A stretch of DNA of 64,000 nt, taken from Eledone cirrhosa. Its lineage: Eukaryota. The notes under the pieces were generated by a model. The model did not search any database and was not told where the DNA came from. It worked only from the letters and a program-made list of their open reading frames with translations. Numbering within the stretch: the first letter of the stretch is position 1; each line of letters starts with the position of its first letter. The position numbers and the translations under genes are program-made. The stretch is from assembly GCA_964016885.1 (NCBI GenBank), contig OZ024745.1, forward strand, positions 119,784,001 through 119,848,000. The letters run 5' to 3'. Below, piece by piece: positions 1-14,175 of this stretch.

Positions 1-2431
1 TAGACGAAGGAAGAAAGAAAGCGAGAAGGAGAGAGGGTGACAGACTTTACACCTAGGTCATAGAGGTATTTTGGTTGCCCCTTGCGGACAAAATGGCATA
101 GGCATTTCCGAGTGCAGTGGCCGGTAACACCCACTGCAACAGCCACCCCACTGTTTGTTTAGTTAATTATTTCTTTTGTTACATACGTCCATTTATTGCT
201 GTTTGTTTTACTTCAGTTTAATCTGTTGTTTTTTGGTTCAAAGTGAGTCCATTAACTTAATAATTGGCGCTAACTGGAATGTGTGTGTTGTTTGGAATAT
301 GTTTCTTATTTAAATTTACTTTATTGTAGCGGATGTTGCTTTTGTTTCGTCGCATTCTTTAGCGCGAGGTTTTATTTTTATTAAGCTTTAATTTGATTAT
401 TTAATTTCTGAGCCTCTAACTTCAAGGTGCATTTCATGAAAAGTATCAATTCTCTTTATTTGCAAAATCTTGTGTAAAGTATTTTGAGGAAGAAAATAGT
501 TAATTCGAAACAAAGTATGTAGAAATATAAAAGGTGCATTAAACTGAGATTGTATACGGCTGAACTATATATAACTTGTATATTAACGAGCTACATATCA
601 ATGCAATTTTACATCGTCTGATGTATGTCAAAAAATGCATAACACAACATACAGCGTTTTATTATACATGTTTGGGAATATAAAAATAGTTACTATATAG
701 AAGAAAGGTATATTTAACAATGGGCGATAATGCATGGCTGCATCATTGAATAATTGGCAGTCCAATTATCCTCCAGCCAATTAACATTATTCACCTCGTT
801 AACATTATTAACAAATGTTTGAGTATGATTTCTCATTTGCCTAAAGAAATATTAAACCACAATATGTAGTGTGTACTTGATTTGTACATATACAAATCAA
901 ATGAAGAAAAAAGGACGCTTTTAATAGTCTTCATAAATTGTGTTTATTTGATATTTATTTGTATGTTCCATGACCCAACATAATATTACTACTACCTGTG
1001 TCTTGTTTGCCATAAGTGGAGCCTGCTTTATTGCAAGGTTCTGGACCAACTACCTGGCCTGGGGGTATATCCATCCCTTCCTTTCTCCAAACTGAGATTC
1101 CTCTCCTCCACCGACTAAACCAATCAAAGAGGGGGTTACTCTACCCAGAATATCATATCCTTACGAAGTAAAAAAACCAAATACGATAGAAATATTCAAA
1201 TATACCAAAGTAAGTAATACAAAAAGAATTTATTTCAGTTGTTGATGGTAGTAATAGTAGAAAATATATCATAGAGAAAATATACGATTAAATTCGAACT
1301 ACAAACGAAGAGGAAATTTATATCTCATTTTCATTCATTAACGTTTGTTTCGTGTTGTATTAAATATTTCTTCTGACTATGTAAAATTATGGGCAAACGA
1401 ATTGTTTCATTATATGAACATTATTAAAATTTATTTGAATATAAATGTAATATACTTTTATGGCAACAAGCCGAATTATATTGTCACAATTATGAGTAAC
1501 TATACAATATCGAATATTTGTCAATCTTAGATATGTTATCTATCAAGCACTTTATCTACATAGTCTATAATAGGTGTATAAACTCAGCATATATTTGATT
1601 CAACACATATATCGAAGGAATCCTTATAATAAATCAATTCCGTATTAAATTAGACATAACTCAATATTGAATATTTTAGTGCATAATAAAGACACATTAT
1701 CACATCTGATAGAATAGATACTATGAGGTGTTACATTTGAGTTTATGTCTTGATCTCCATTACATTATTTCTATGTGCATTGCTTAGATCATATTTTACG
1801 AAACACTGAACCATATATTTAGTTTCTATTCAATTTAAATGTATTACCGAGATATTGTTCAACTATCTAATTCCAGTCCATAGTAGGAAAAATGTAGCTG
1901 TTTCTTTTATAAATCTTTTAACTTCATCAGCCAACTTATGCCATGATTATATATAATGCTTATTTTATATCAATATTGTTTTATTTAGAAAATGTATAAT
2001 CACAATACATTACTGGTACAGGGTTTATTCAATTACTATGTAATGTGTCTTTTGTCACAATTTTCTTTGACAAGGAAATAATGTTTTATCTCATTGACAA
2101 ATAAAGAAAAAAAATGAATAAATGAATACATAAATAAACAAAATAATTGTTTTTCGACTTCTAGCTGAGTATTGACGAATTTCGCTGCGGATTTATTGAA
2201 GTAAGAACTTCAAAATATACAACTTTATAGTAAAAACAAACCAACAAAAATAAAACAAAATGAAACTGAAATGGAGGTTAATATCACGTACTAGAGCGTA
2301 ATATCTAGGATATTAAATGTCTTCCACATAACCTACACATAAAATATGATTGTTTACTTACAATTACTCTGCCATATCTTTGGAAGGAGCATGCGCGATT
2401 TAATCGACCCGTCTTAATATCTTATAATATA

Positions 2432-3295
2432 CTAGCAGTAAAGCCCGGCGTTGCTCGGGGCTGCTCAGTAGCTGTGTTAAAGTTACAATGTTAAGTTCCT
2501 TAAAAACTGTAGAGTCTACAGTGTAGACTTTCATGTGGTATTTTTGATTAACATTCCCTCAACCAACAGTATGCCTTATGAAGTTAAGAAAACATAACCA
2601 TAACCCGAATGTTAGAACAAAAGAGGATGCTGGGGATAAAAACTGCTTGTCTCAGAGAAAAAAATCAGCATAACCAAACTATCAGTTATTTTGAAACAAA
2701 GAAATTGGATGGACCTGAAAAAAAAAATGCGTTAACTGTCTGTCGTTTAATATCATTGCTTCTAAATGAAAATCTCATTAGGCTTTATTCGAGATGAATG
2801 CTTTTTTTACAAAATATTTGCTTGTTTTACGGTGTATTTAAATAGGCTTGTTTTCAAGTAAAAATATTGTTTTAAAAGACTTTTTAATGGAAATGAAGCA
2901 AAATGGAAGCTTAATGTTGAAATTTGGAACTAATGAATTTTGCAGGTTAAAATTTTGCTGGCCCGAAAACTGTTCGTGTATTTTTGTACTTTTGCACGCG
3001 TCGTATATTCGTAACGTAAATAGATGAATAAATGACGCCATAAAAGGGAAATAACTCGTCTCTCATCTCTATTTATACGTTTGAACTGAAAAATCAATAC
3101 ATTACAAATTCGATTTTTGCATTTGGCGTGGGTCGATTTGAAAATTTATTTGACCGATGTCTCCGCCGGACCTTCGTCTATAAGTGTAGCAATTTCACCG
3201 AAATTTGAACGTACGGTTTAGGAGGAGATGTGTGCCGAACCTTTTAGTAGACAGACACACAGACAGACAGACATCCTCAGTTTTATATATAGAGA
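2432..3295 (-). mobile_element. Non-autonomous Helitron
   Basis: Minus strand starts TCTCTATATATAAAACTGAGGATGTCTGTCTGTCTG and ends with hairpin CCCGAGCAACGCCGGG followed by CTAG. It is inserted between host A and T with no TSD. Confidence 0.85.
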
Positions 3296-4915
3296 TTAAC
3301 GACGTCGAAGAGTGCCAAAGTGAAATAATATTCAGCTAGGTATAACCATTAGGTAAAGTGTATCACTCCACTGTATCTTTCTTTTTCTTAGTCAATCTAA
3401 TGATAGAATCAGTGTTTTCGTCTATTCTAATTTTAATCTCCTAGTTGTGCTTTCAATATCAATTTTAGTGAGCAATTAATTCATTCCCACAGACATAGAG
3501 ATATGATGAGATGACAGTTCGACATTATCCAGGAATGCCTGCAACTTGAAAACTTGTCACTAAAATGGGCGCTACAATCATTTATAAAGTAAATTTAGAA
3601 ATTTTAATTAACTAAAATGCCATGTTTATTGAGCGGACAATCATTATGATACTGATGAATTATAGTAAAATAACGGTAGAGGAGTCACTGTAGGAATTTC
3701 AATTAATTAAGATTAGGAAGTGAATGAGATATTTAGCAGTAACTTGTGAAGTATGAATTAATTTAGGTCATATTAGATCTCGTCAGAGAAGTAAAATGTT
3801 TTGGTGCCTTTAAATAGCTAGAGAATTATATGTAAATATGAAGTGGCGTTATAACCTAAAAGAATAACTGGAATAAAATATCGATGAAGGATCCCTACAT
3901 GATTGTATGAAAATGTAATAGAAAAGTAGATACCAACATACTTGTTATTGTAAGCTCAGAAATTTGATTAATTGAATATGGCATCTTTACTATCGGGTGA
4001 GACTACGCTTCACTGAGAAGGATTAATAAGATCGATTCTTGTCAGGATTTGTCATTATTAAGATCTAACTGATTCTACACTGAATACTTACTTATAAATA
4101 ATTAACATTTATGGCTGATTATTTATCATTCATCTAATAAACTATAAGAAATAGAATGTAGATTCTATTAATTCTTAACACTAATCTTATCATTCGAATT
4201 AAGTGAACATGAAGTATATTAGCGATCACTTTACTATGCAGCAGGTTTCCTCGGGTATTTGTATAACGTTTGGCATTGTATGTTCAGTAACTAAGGTGCT
4301 ATATATAACACGTGTGTATTCATATAAAATCTGTCGTTAATATTTGCCGAGGCTATCTAATGAGATCAGACTAGTCCATAGACAAGTAGAATCACTCACA
4401 AATATATTCCATATTAATTCATTAATATTTCAAGAACCTCTAGTCACTTTTGGAGCAGATTTAGAAATGTTGAATATGTTTCACAGTTTTCTTTTCCAAT
4501 GGGAAAATTACTTTCACACAGGAATTATCTCGCCTTCATTACTTCTAACATTTCATCTTATTTCGCCTTTTCTCCCACGAGACACCTTTTTACTGAATTC
4601 CCTTTAGCCAATTGAATTATGAGTAATAAACATAACATTCGGATATAATGTTGTTAGATTGAGTAACCTGTGGTTGTAATGGTTTTTCGTGTGTATGAAT
4701 CATTACATGCATATACAGTAGGAACAGAGTGAGCACCCCGACAGCTGAGCCCCAGCCGTTTCGACAGCTAGATCCGGACTAAGCCAGCAGTATTAGATCT
4801 GCGGGAATCTAGGTGAACTTATCAATGGGTACAGTCAAAATAAAAAAAGCAGAGGTGTCAAAGCAAATAATACTAAACATTTGTAGCTTTTCACACACAC
4901 ACACACACACACACG

Positions 4916-4964
<49 letters not shown>

Positions 4965-4977
4965 CCTTTACCTTTTA

Positions 4978-5010
<33 letters not shown>

Positions 5011-5015
<5 letters not shown>

Positions 5016-5102
5016 ATACTTTGGGAGGGTCCAAAGTATAACAATATCGGTTTCAACACACGTTTTCAGATAAAGAATCTTGCTAAACAAATTCAGAAAC
5101 GA
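5011..5102. mobile_element. Internally deleted copy of the 'GGGAGGGTCATG' fold-back HHR family
   Basis: TGTTATACTTTGGGAGGGTC/CAAAGTATAACAATATC...CTTGCTAAACAAATTCAGAAACG matches the ends of 33222-33540 and 61272-61732, and is flanked by (TA)n. Confidence 0.75.
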
Positions 5103-5249
5103 TATATATATATATATATAATATTAAGGATACTATTTATAGTTATGTATATTTTAAATCATAAACAGGGAAGGTCAGTAATTTATTACTACCTTATTAC
5201 CAGTAAGATAAATAGCTCAATGTAATAACATCAGTTGTTCTACAGAGCA

Positions 5250-6060
5250 GTTATATAGAATTCACAAGAATCAAAGCTATGTTCAAAGCATTTATTCACT
5301 TACAATTGTTTCATCCAAACCTAGGCTTGTAGTCTTCGGAGCATCTTTCAATGTTTGTACATATAATTGACCTCCTATTCAACGCAAGAGACATACAGAT
5401 ACATATATATATATATTGAGTCACATATATTATACTATACTATATTTGTACAGCAATTCAAATTCAAAATCAAAATCAAAATTAAAATTAAAATTAAAAT
5501 ACATTCGGCAGATAACACAGATAATGCAAGGATAGTTTGATAGTCAGATCTAGTAGGTAGTGTATGCGTTAGTTACACATGGAGCATGCAAGTGTGTCTC
5601 ATTTATATACGATTATTGTGTGGCAAGGTGTTACATGTAATGTAAGCACTTTAAGCGGGTAAGCAAGAGTATTAGGGTGGTTGTAGTGTAGGGTATTTTT
5701 TGTATAGATAAAAAAAGTATGTGTGCAGAAAAAGAGAAAGAAACAGAAAAAGATAGTTATAGTTTTCGCATCCACCACCATATTCACATTCAGAAAAAGG
5801 AAGGTATAGTTTTTACATCCATCACATAAGTTACGATGATTCCGTATTGAATGTTTGATGCATTAAATTATTGTAGCGTATTGAGGTTCAGTGTTATTTA
5901 ATCCATATTTATAGAATAGGTTCTTTCTGCTCCGAGAATTTACAGTGGTTTATTACCCGGAAGTAGGTGTGCAACTAAGGGGAGTTAATGCGTAAGGGGA
6001 AGTAACTAGCTGATTCTCATAACTAAATTCATTGTTCTAACATACATTATATGGTGCCTG
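5250..6060 (-). mobile_element. PLE 3' UTR/tail relic, same family as 43012-45612
   Basis: Reverse complement shares blocks with 44790-45600: AGTTAC(T/C)TCCCCTTACGCATTA, (ATTTTA)n, GTTGAATAGGAGG...AATTATATGT and the HHR. Confidence 0.75.
5298..5342 (-). ncRNA. Minimal type I hammerhead ribozyme (CCGAAGA core variant)
   Basis: GCT-CCGAAGA-ctacaagcctaggtttggat-GAAAC-AATT-GTA-AGT; palindromic stem III, followed by AATAAA. Confidence 0.6.
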
Positions 6061-6171
6061 AATTGAGTCCCTTATATAAATGGTTATATATTTATTTTAA
6101 ATTTTAAATACAGTTTACTCTATCATAATGTATTAAAGGTATCTATAGGAAGTTGATTACTCTTTATTATA

Positions 6172-6275
6172 TATCCCGCCGAGGTTGACTTTGCCTTTCA
6201 TCCTTACGCGGTCGATAAAATAAAGTACCAGTAATGCACTGGTTAATTGCTGGCCTTGTGCCTAAAGTAGAAACA

Positions 6276-6280
<5 letters not shown>
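6172..6280 (+). mobile_element. 5'-truncated tRNA-derived SINE
   Basis: CCCGCCGAGGTTGACTTTGCCTTTCATCC...AAAGTAGAAACAATTAT, same family as 14176-14365. Confidence 0.8.
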
Positions 6281-6359
<79 letters not shown>

Positions 6360-6538
6360 GAGATAATTTAATATATCTACTAACATAAGCGCACAGATGT
6401 ACGCTAATGCCAGCAAATACACAGGTTATGTCATAGTACCTGGGTGGTTCAATGCAGGAGGATGCAGAACAATAATATAACAGACGTAAAATAAGAAAAT
6501 TTTTTTTTCTTTTTAAAATTTTCTTGTTTTACGTCTGT

Positions 6539-6572
<34 letters not shown>

Positions 6573-6839
6573 TTATGGCCTGCATTAGGTGAAAAGCTTC
6601 ATTTTTTCAGCTTTTTAGGGTTTTTTGGAGGCGTTACGTCTAGCCGATTTCCCGAAATTTCAAGGCATATTATGCACATAAAAAAAATTCATTTTCTTGA
6701 TCCCCTAGGGCCCGCATTATGTGAAAACTTGCATTTTTCATGCTTCATCGAGGAAAATCTTAAAGATTATCCAGCCATCAGAGTATTCGGTTTATTTTCT
6801 TTACATACCTTATATTGTGCAACGCCGGGAACCACTTCT

Positions 6840-7236
<397 letters not shown>

Positions 7237-7237
7237 T

Positions 7238-7533
7238 ATCACAAAAAAAAAATAATCAGTGTTGCGGCGAATGGAATTTATTGGACATATTACAATCGTT
7301 TCTCTGGCGAGCAGCTCGAGGCACGGTCGATCTGATGATCGCGAGGTCCTCAGATACGTCTTGATTCGACGAAGCAGATTTTCCTAAATCTTCGTAACGA
7401 TTGTAATATGTCTAATAAATTCCATTCGTCGCAACACTGATTCTCTTTCTATGATATCATACTCTGCTCTATGAGAGCATCGAGTGCCTAAACGGCCTAC
7501 CTCATACGGACGTTTTAAGCATCCAACAGCAAT
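7238..7533 (+). mobile_element. Fold-back mini-element with decayed HHR
   Basis: Arms 7254-7309 and 7394-7442 are inverted copies (AATCAGTGTTGCGGCGAATGGAATTTATTGGACATATTACAATCGTTTC). The arm carries GAAAC-GATT-GTA and AATAAA, the loop has CTGATGA/TCGACGA, and microsatellites flank both sides. Confidence 0.7.
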
Positions 7534-7555
7534 TATATATATATATATATATATC

Positions 7556-8425
7556 TCCACTCTTTCGCAATTAAGAAATTAAGACACTCCACTTCGCTCG
7601 CGAACTACATCACAACATAAACAGACTTAAACATCAGCTTCTCCATGCACTGGGAAATTGTCGGCAGGGCTGCACCGTACAACTTCAAGACGAAGTGCGA
7701 GCTTTGCCTCATGGAGCTCTAGCACATCATAACGTAACCCCACGAGCTCATCAACAGTAGAGCTGAAACGACGATAAGCTGTACACAACGCTTAAAAATA
7801 TTCTACTTCAGATGGAATAAGAACGAGGAGTGAAACCTTAAACCGGATCTCCCTGTACCAAGCTTTAACACCCGGAAGGGCAGGCGCTGCTAAAAACATC
7901 CGGAAACTAACCATGCATCCCAGACTCGGCATGAATCGACCCAGGCGGGCAGGCGCAGCAAACAAACGTCTCGAAACAAACGATGCATACCTGACCCTGT
8001 GCGTATCGGCTATGGTAAGGTAGTAACCACATGCTTGTATCGGATAAAAAATTTGTCCGGAAAAGACTGCCCTAACACCGGCTATAGTTATCTCCCTTGA
8101 CATACTGCAAAATCAAAACATGTTTTTTTACGAAGAGTGAACTCTGACGTGATCTTATCTCTAAAAACCCATTCAGGGTCATGTAAGGAGCGCTTTTTTT
8201 GTTATTATGCCCTTTAGAATCCCATTCAGGCGAAACGTACGTAGGTCCTATTTTAAATAAACATGTTTTAACTGTCTGTTCTCCTGTATTTTACTTCTCC
8301 ACGTGCTTACGCTCTGCTAATTTTCTCGCTCACTAGATATTAACACTTCTAATATTTAATACTGCCTGCACTAGTATTGAGCACCCTCTGCATACGCTAT
8401 TTGGCAAATCACTACCTGTATCACC
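7556..8425 (+). mobile_element. 5'-truncated Penelope-like element (C-terminus of GIY-YIG region plus 3' UTR)
   Basis: Decayed translation HSF...HSTSLANYI...FSMHWEIVGRAAPYNFKTKCELCLMEL*...INSRAE. Decayed HHR remnant CGAAAC-GTAC-GTA near 8231-8243, then AATAAA. Confidence 0.75.
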
Positions 8426-8485
8426 TATCCCTCCTTTTCTCTCTCTCGATACGTAAATATTATATATATATATATATATATATGT

Positions 8486-8522
<37 letters not shown>

Positions 8523-9129
8523 GAGAGAGAGATAGATATATATATCTACACACACACACACATATATACATATACATATATATATACGGTGATGAATTAA
8601 GTTTGCGAGGTTTTTGATATGAAATTGTGTGTCGAAACAAATATTGTTATACTTGGGGAGGGTCATATTGTTGTAATAAAATTGACTCATGCTTGCAAGC
8701 TCACTTAATCTGCCTGTACATCCAGTATTTGCCTGTACTTCCTGTATTTGAACTGCTTGTGCTTTGATGTATCTATGCTTTGCTTTCTTTTGTTTTGTTG
8801 GTTTTTTTTCTTGGGGTGGGGGGGGGGGGGGGTGGGGGGGCAGTGGGGGGGGGGGGGGGGGGGTTATTGTTTTTTTTTATTGTTTTTGATCTAGCTGAGT
8901 AACACCTTCACTCATTCCTTGTTACCCTCTCCCAACCTCCTCATCATCTATTGCAACATTTATGTGATAGATTTTTGATGTAAATTTTTATGACATTATG
9001 TGCGTCATGTATTGTGTCTTTTTCTATATAGGGCTGGCCTCGGGACCCCCCCCCCCCCTGCTGGTCCTTTAACCTTGTTCTGGTGACGCAGCTAGATGGA
9101 GCATGCAACTATTGATATACTCTTGTTTA

Positions 9130-9179
9130 TAGGTTCTGATGATTCCAGCCATAGGGTGTGAATGAAACATTGTTAGCTA
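9130..9179 (+). ncRNA. Minimal hammerhead-like motif
   Basis: AGGTT-CTGATGA-ttccagccatagggtgtgaat-GAAAC-ATT-GTT-AGCT, followed by AATAAA and (TA)n. Confidence 0.55.
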
Positions 9180-9218
9180 ATAAAACAATGTATTTCTAAG
9201 CACTCTTTGGTTATTCCT

Positions 9219-9290
<72 letters not shown>

Positions 9291-9317
9291 GTTTAAATAT
9301 GTTATAATATACATATA

Positions 9318-9505
9318 GCAGAGGATTGGGAGTATCGGTGGAGCGTCAGACACCATGCTTTTAACAATAGAGTTATGATCCTTTACGTTCCGAGTTCAAA
9401 TCCCGCCGAGTTTAACTTTGCATTTCATCCTTACGGGGTCGAAAAAATAAAATACCAGTAATGCACTGGAGTATTGCTGACCTTGTGCCAAAAGTAGAAA
9501 CAAAT
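9318..9505 (+). mobile_element. tRNA-derived SINE
   Basis: B box GAGTTCAAATCC, central TTTCATCCTTACGGGGTCG, 3' end AAAAGTAGAAACAA. Confidence 0.85.
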
Positions 9506-9929
9506 ATAATATATTGATACTACCCACAATAAACGACATATCTGGTATTTAATATTTATTAACACTAACCAAAGCCCTAATCCTTCAACTTAAACCATAA
9601 TATTCACTCATTTTCTTTTTTCCTCATATTCCATAATCTTAATATCTAACGGTCAGATATGGAAATAACTTAATCCTTTCCTCGTTGCATAATCTAGAAA
9701 TAACTAACCCATATGCAGGTGAGATATTTAGGAATGCAGTGAGTATCTAAAGAAAAAATGACTGTCGTATTCCGTTATAATCACCTCCATCACTCAAAGA
9801 CATATATTCAAGGTCATTCTACTCTTTTCCTTATTCATTACAAAATGCTAAATATAGACATACTTCATTATTACTACTAGTTTTTTTCTATTTTTAGTTA
9901 TCAGAAAATGTCACAAAACCTATAACAGG

Positions 9930-10111
9930 ACACCAGTCCATCGCAGGCTTAAACCCCCAGCTATTGCTGGTACTCATTTTCAGCTGAGTATTCTGGAGCA
10001 ACGCAACGTGAAATGAAGCGTTTTGCTCAAGAACACAACACGCAACCCAGAGATCGAACCCACACCATTATGATCGTAAGTCTAACACGCTTACCCCCCG
10101 GCCACATGCCT

Positions 10112-10113
<2 letters not shown>
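9930..10113 (-). mobile_element. CORE-type tRNA SINE (octopus OR-like)
   Basis: Reverse complement has a tRNA-like head, then TGTGTTCTTGAGCAAAACGCTTCATTTCACGTTGC...ACTCAGCTGAAAATGAGTACC. Confidence 0.75.
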
Positions 10114-10173
<60 letters not shown>

Positions 10174-11324
10174 GTGTATGTGTGTTTGTTTGTGTAATAC
10201 ATCACTTGCACGTCACATTATCGAGAGAACCGATAAATATTTGTTCAAGTTTTCTATTACAAGGATCAATTTTAAATGGATATTTAATCGTCAAATGATT
10301 CAACAATGAATACTAATACAATTAATATAATCAATTAAACCACAATATTGATAGTTGAAATTAATTTCTATGCAATCAGAGGTGTTAAGTGATTTTTAAA
10401 AAATGACATCTCGAATACTAGAATGAGTTAGAAAATTATACTATTTATTTTAAGCTTTTGTAATTTTATTTGAAATAGCAAATTTGATTTAAAATTGGTA
10501 TTTTGTATTTTCAAAGTATTTACCTTTCAGTTCCATAGAAAATAAGCCGAGTCCAGAAGAAATACGAATTGGATATTAAATGTTTCAAAATTCTCATAAC
10601 CTTCAATAATTTATTTATTTCACCATTACTCAATTTTCATAGTTTTGTATCTTTGTAGATGAATTCCTGAAATAATCTTCCAGTGCTGATGCTTTGAAAC
10701 TCCTATTAAATAGGTTTCAACAATAGACAACATTCTAAAATATGCATTTTTCTACAATTTCATACGAAAGATGATATCTCAAGAAAAATCCAAATAAATG
10801 GGAAATGAGTTATTTTCTAACATCCAAATGTAAAGAAACACTACTAAACAAAGTATTTAAAATGGCGCTGATGCTCTCATCCGCAATGAAATTTTCAGCA
10901 ATGATATCTAAGTAAATGCGTTTTAAAGGAAAACTAAGCATAACACGGAGAAAAAATATTGGCCTGTTAGGTGTGTGATTTCATTCTTCATTTCCTATCA
11001 ATAAAGATATTGAAATATGATAGAGATCATGAGAAAATTTATTGCCGGGTAAAAGGGAAGTTTAAATGGCAAATACGCATTAACTGAATAGAAATAGCAT
11101 TGGGGTGTGGATACATATAGAAATAAGGAATAAGGTGATATGCGTACGTATGATGATCATACATTCAGCCTCATTACTCTAAATCAGAACATTCTCTTTA
11201 GGATGAACTCGACAATTGCTCGATTACTTTCTACTAAATGTCGTTGATCAGCAGCATTGTAACAGCTGGATTTGTTAGAGCTTTGGATTAAATATATCAG
11301 TATTTATTTCCATTCCCAGCGGTC

Positions 11325-11410
11325 TGAGTTCAATTCCAGCCGAGGTCAGCTTCGCCTTTCATCTGTTCGGGACCCGTAAAGAAAGGTCCATTTAAGTGGC
11401 AGTGGATTAT
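11325..11410 (+). mobile_element. Degenerate SINE fragment
   Basis: TGAGTTCAATTCCAGCCGAGGTCAGCTTCGCCTTTCATC. Confidence 0.6.
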
Positions 11411-13269
11411 CGGAACTTTTCGAGGGTTGAGCGGGTTTCTTCACGGTTTTAATCCATTTCTATGCATTTCAAATCAACGTTCCTCTGCCACATGTTGCAA
11501 CCAACTGGTCGTAACAGAAATAGAAAGATCAATGAAAACAGGATTCCCATGGTTGGAACAAGCAATTGACTCCTTGTTCCTTATTGTAGAACGGGAACTT
11601 TTTATCCAAACATTATTATCCTTGTACTACATTAAAATACTCATAACATACTTAGCCCTCTAACTGCCTTCCAATTGAAATCACTTAGAATAAATGTTAC
11701 TGTGGGATTTGTTGCAAGGAAAACGTCCACCATCGACAACTTACAATATAGGTTACAGGTTAATTATGATAATTATATGAAATACAACCCGCCAAAAAGC
11801 TGAGAGCGGTGATCAATGCAGACGCAATTTGTGAATATATCTTCACACACAAACACACACATATCGGGCTACAAATGTACATGACAAAGTCACGTCCTGT
11901 TACCCCAGGGTTGACGTGGCTGTTCAATAAACAGAAATGTATAAACTAAGGACCATACTATTTACGAGAGTTGATATAGTTGATTTAAAACTCAACAAGG
12001 TCACAGTTGAATATATTGATATAAAGTACCCTATCTTCAGAACGGCCCCTGAACATGCTTAGAGAAACCAGATTTTTTATGGAGCTTTCAGTAAATTAAT
12101 ATGATTGTGTGAAATATATTACTAGAGTCTGTCAACAGAGGCGCTCAGTTGATGACATGTGACCTTTCCCAGGGCTAGAAAATACAACGCTTCTGCTACA
12201 TACATAGTGAATGAATTGGACCCAAGATTATTCAAGTAAACCAAATTACTTACAGTCATTTATTCTACAAATTAATGCAAACAATAACGAAACGAAAGAA
12301 TCGTTTCTTGGAGAGGAACATGATCTGCAGTTTATGTGTTTATATGATTAGAAAATTGGGTCCGAGACTGACTGGAAAACCATAGATTTTCGTAAAATGG
12401 CGAAATAATTTGTCAGTGTATTTAAAATTATTCTGCTACTTTGTCGCGTTCTATTCGGTTTTGATTTGTTTTGGTTATGACAGAATGGTAAGATTATGAT
12501 AAATGAAGTGTTGTTGACCATTACGTCTATGTGAAAAGGGTTTATCAACGTTCACTGATCGCTGAGACCCCAGTCCCGAAGATGTGAAATATGAGATATA
12601 TTATGTGTTAGCTGATGGAATAGTCTTCCGAGTTCTTACGCATGTTGTCTGGTCTCCCTTTCATCTCGTAGAAGGCTAAATATAGTAAATGCTTATGTGT
12701 AAAATGTTAAATAGATAGTGTTGATGGAAGTAATATAATACTGCGCACAACAAAAAATTGCTGTATTGTAATTGAAAGCTTTCTGTGATATAATGTTCCG
12801 AGTATGTGTAGTTATAAGTGATACTAAACCCGTTTCAGGCTACTGATTTCACCACTTGTTTATTTTGAATTGTTATCATTCTAACGGTGTTCCAATTTTA
12901 TCTATGCAGCTTATTACTGTCAGGTGGAAAATCAAGCCAGCAACAAAGAAATGTTTCAATTGACTACAATATTCAGTAAACATGATTTTTGTTTAAAATC
13001 TATTGTAATATAGTAATATTAAGGAAGCACTAAGCGGGTTATTGGTGTCCTTTGTTTATGCCCATGCTAATCACAAAGGCACTAACTAACATGTTATTAA
13101 AGAATAAAATGACGGGCCATTTAAAAACAAAATCGTGATTTCGGGTCTCTGAAAAGGTGCATTTCCTGCAAGATGCTAAATATATTTATGATTAGAAATT
13201 TTAACTGATCTGATCATTTTTTCAGACCCCCCCCCCCCCTTCGGTCAGGTGTGACCATGGTATTGGCAT

Positions 13270-13528
13270 CTAGAGAGTTTCCCTACGAGACACATGTCCG
13301 GGCAAGTTTGCTTGTAGAAGACCAGCAGTCGCCCATGCATTCCTCTCCACCTCACCGTTGATGTCCAAGGGAAAGGCAATGGCCGATACAGCTTGACACA
13401 AGGGACGTCACAACTCATTTATACAGCTGAGTAAACGTGAAATAAAGTATCATCCGGTTCGAGAATCGAACTCACAACCTTCCGATTGCAAATCCAAAGC
13501 TCTGAACACTAAGCCATGCGCCTTCACT
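13270..13528 (-). mobile_element. CORE-type tRNA SINE
   Basis: Reverse complement begins GAAGGCGCATGGCTTAGTG...GAGTTCGATTC and contains TTTATTTCACGTT...ACTCAGCTGTATAAATGAG; homologous to 16641-16950. Confidence 0.75.
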
Positions 13529-13744
13529 TGTTCTGATCATATTAAGATTGTATGTTAGAAAACGTAATATCTCGAACTATACCCAAATTTACTTTCATCT
13601 CTATGCTGGGGATAAGATAAATAAATACCAGCAATATATCACGGTCGAATCCAAGGACTGATTAACATTACGGCTATGCAGCACTCGGCATCAAACCTAT
13701 CGAGTGCGCGTCGGAGGAGATCATCTTCTGTCGAGTTAAATAAC

Positions 13745-13929
13745 TGTTTCTACGTTTGGCACAAGGCCAGCAATTACACCAGTGCATTACTGGTACTTTA
13801 TTTTATCGACCCCGTAAGGATAAAAGGCAAAGTTAACCTCATCAGGATTTGAACTCAGACCGTAAATGGACGCAACTATGCTGGACGCATGGCGTCTGAC
13901 CCTCTACCGATACTGCCAATTTACCGCCC
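13745..13929 (-). mobile_element. tRNA-derived SINE with 17-bp TSD
   Basis: Full-length copy flanked by CTGTCGAGTTAAATAAC at 13728-13744 and 13930-13946. Confidence 0.9.
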
Positions 13930-14175
13930 CTGTCGAGTTAAATAACAACATGTCGTCTGCATAACATACATACTGTATTAAAGTAATCTTTCCTGTTGTT
14001 TATATCTCATTTGTGCTGTAACACAAGGTCTAACCTTGGACGGTTTCAGTGGCATACCAGTGTCTCATTTGACTTTTAGAAGTTGTTGTTATCCATTGCT
14101 CAACTCCACTAATGATCGGAGTGTGGGATATCCCACACGCCACCTCACGAAAGAAGATTATTTTCATATAATGAG

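Noticed and set aside
10530-10910. Possible ankyrin-like relic (NGADALIRN)
   Set aside because: A single short motif amid stops in all frames; not supportable.
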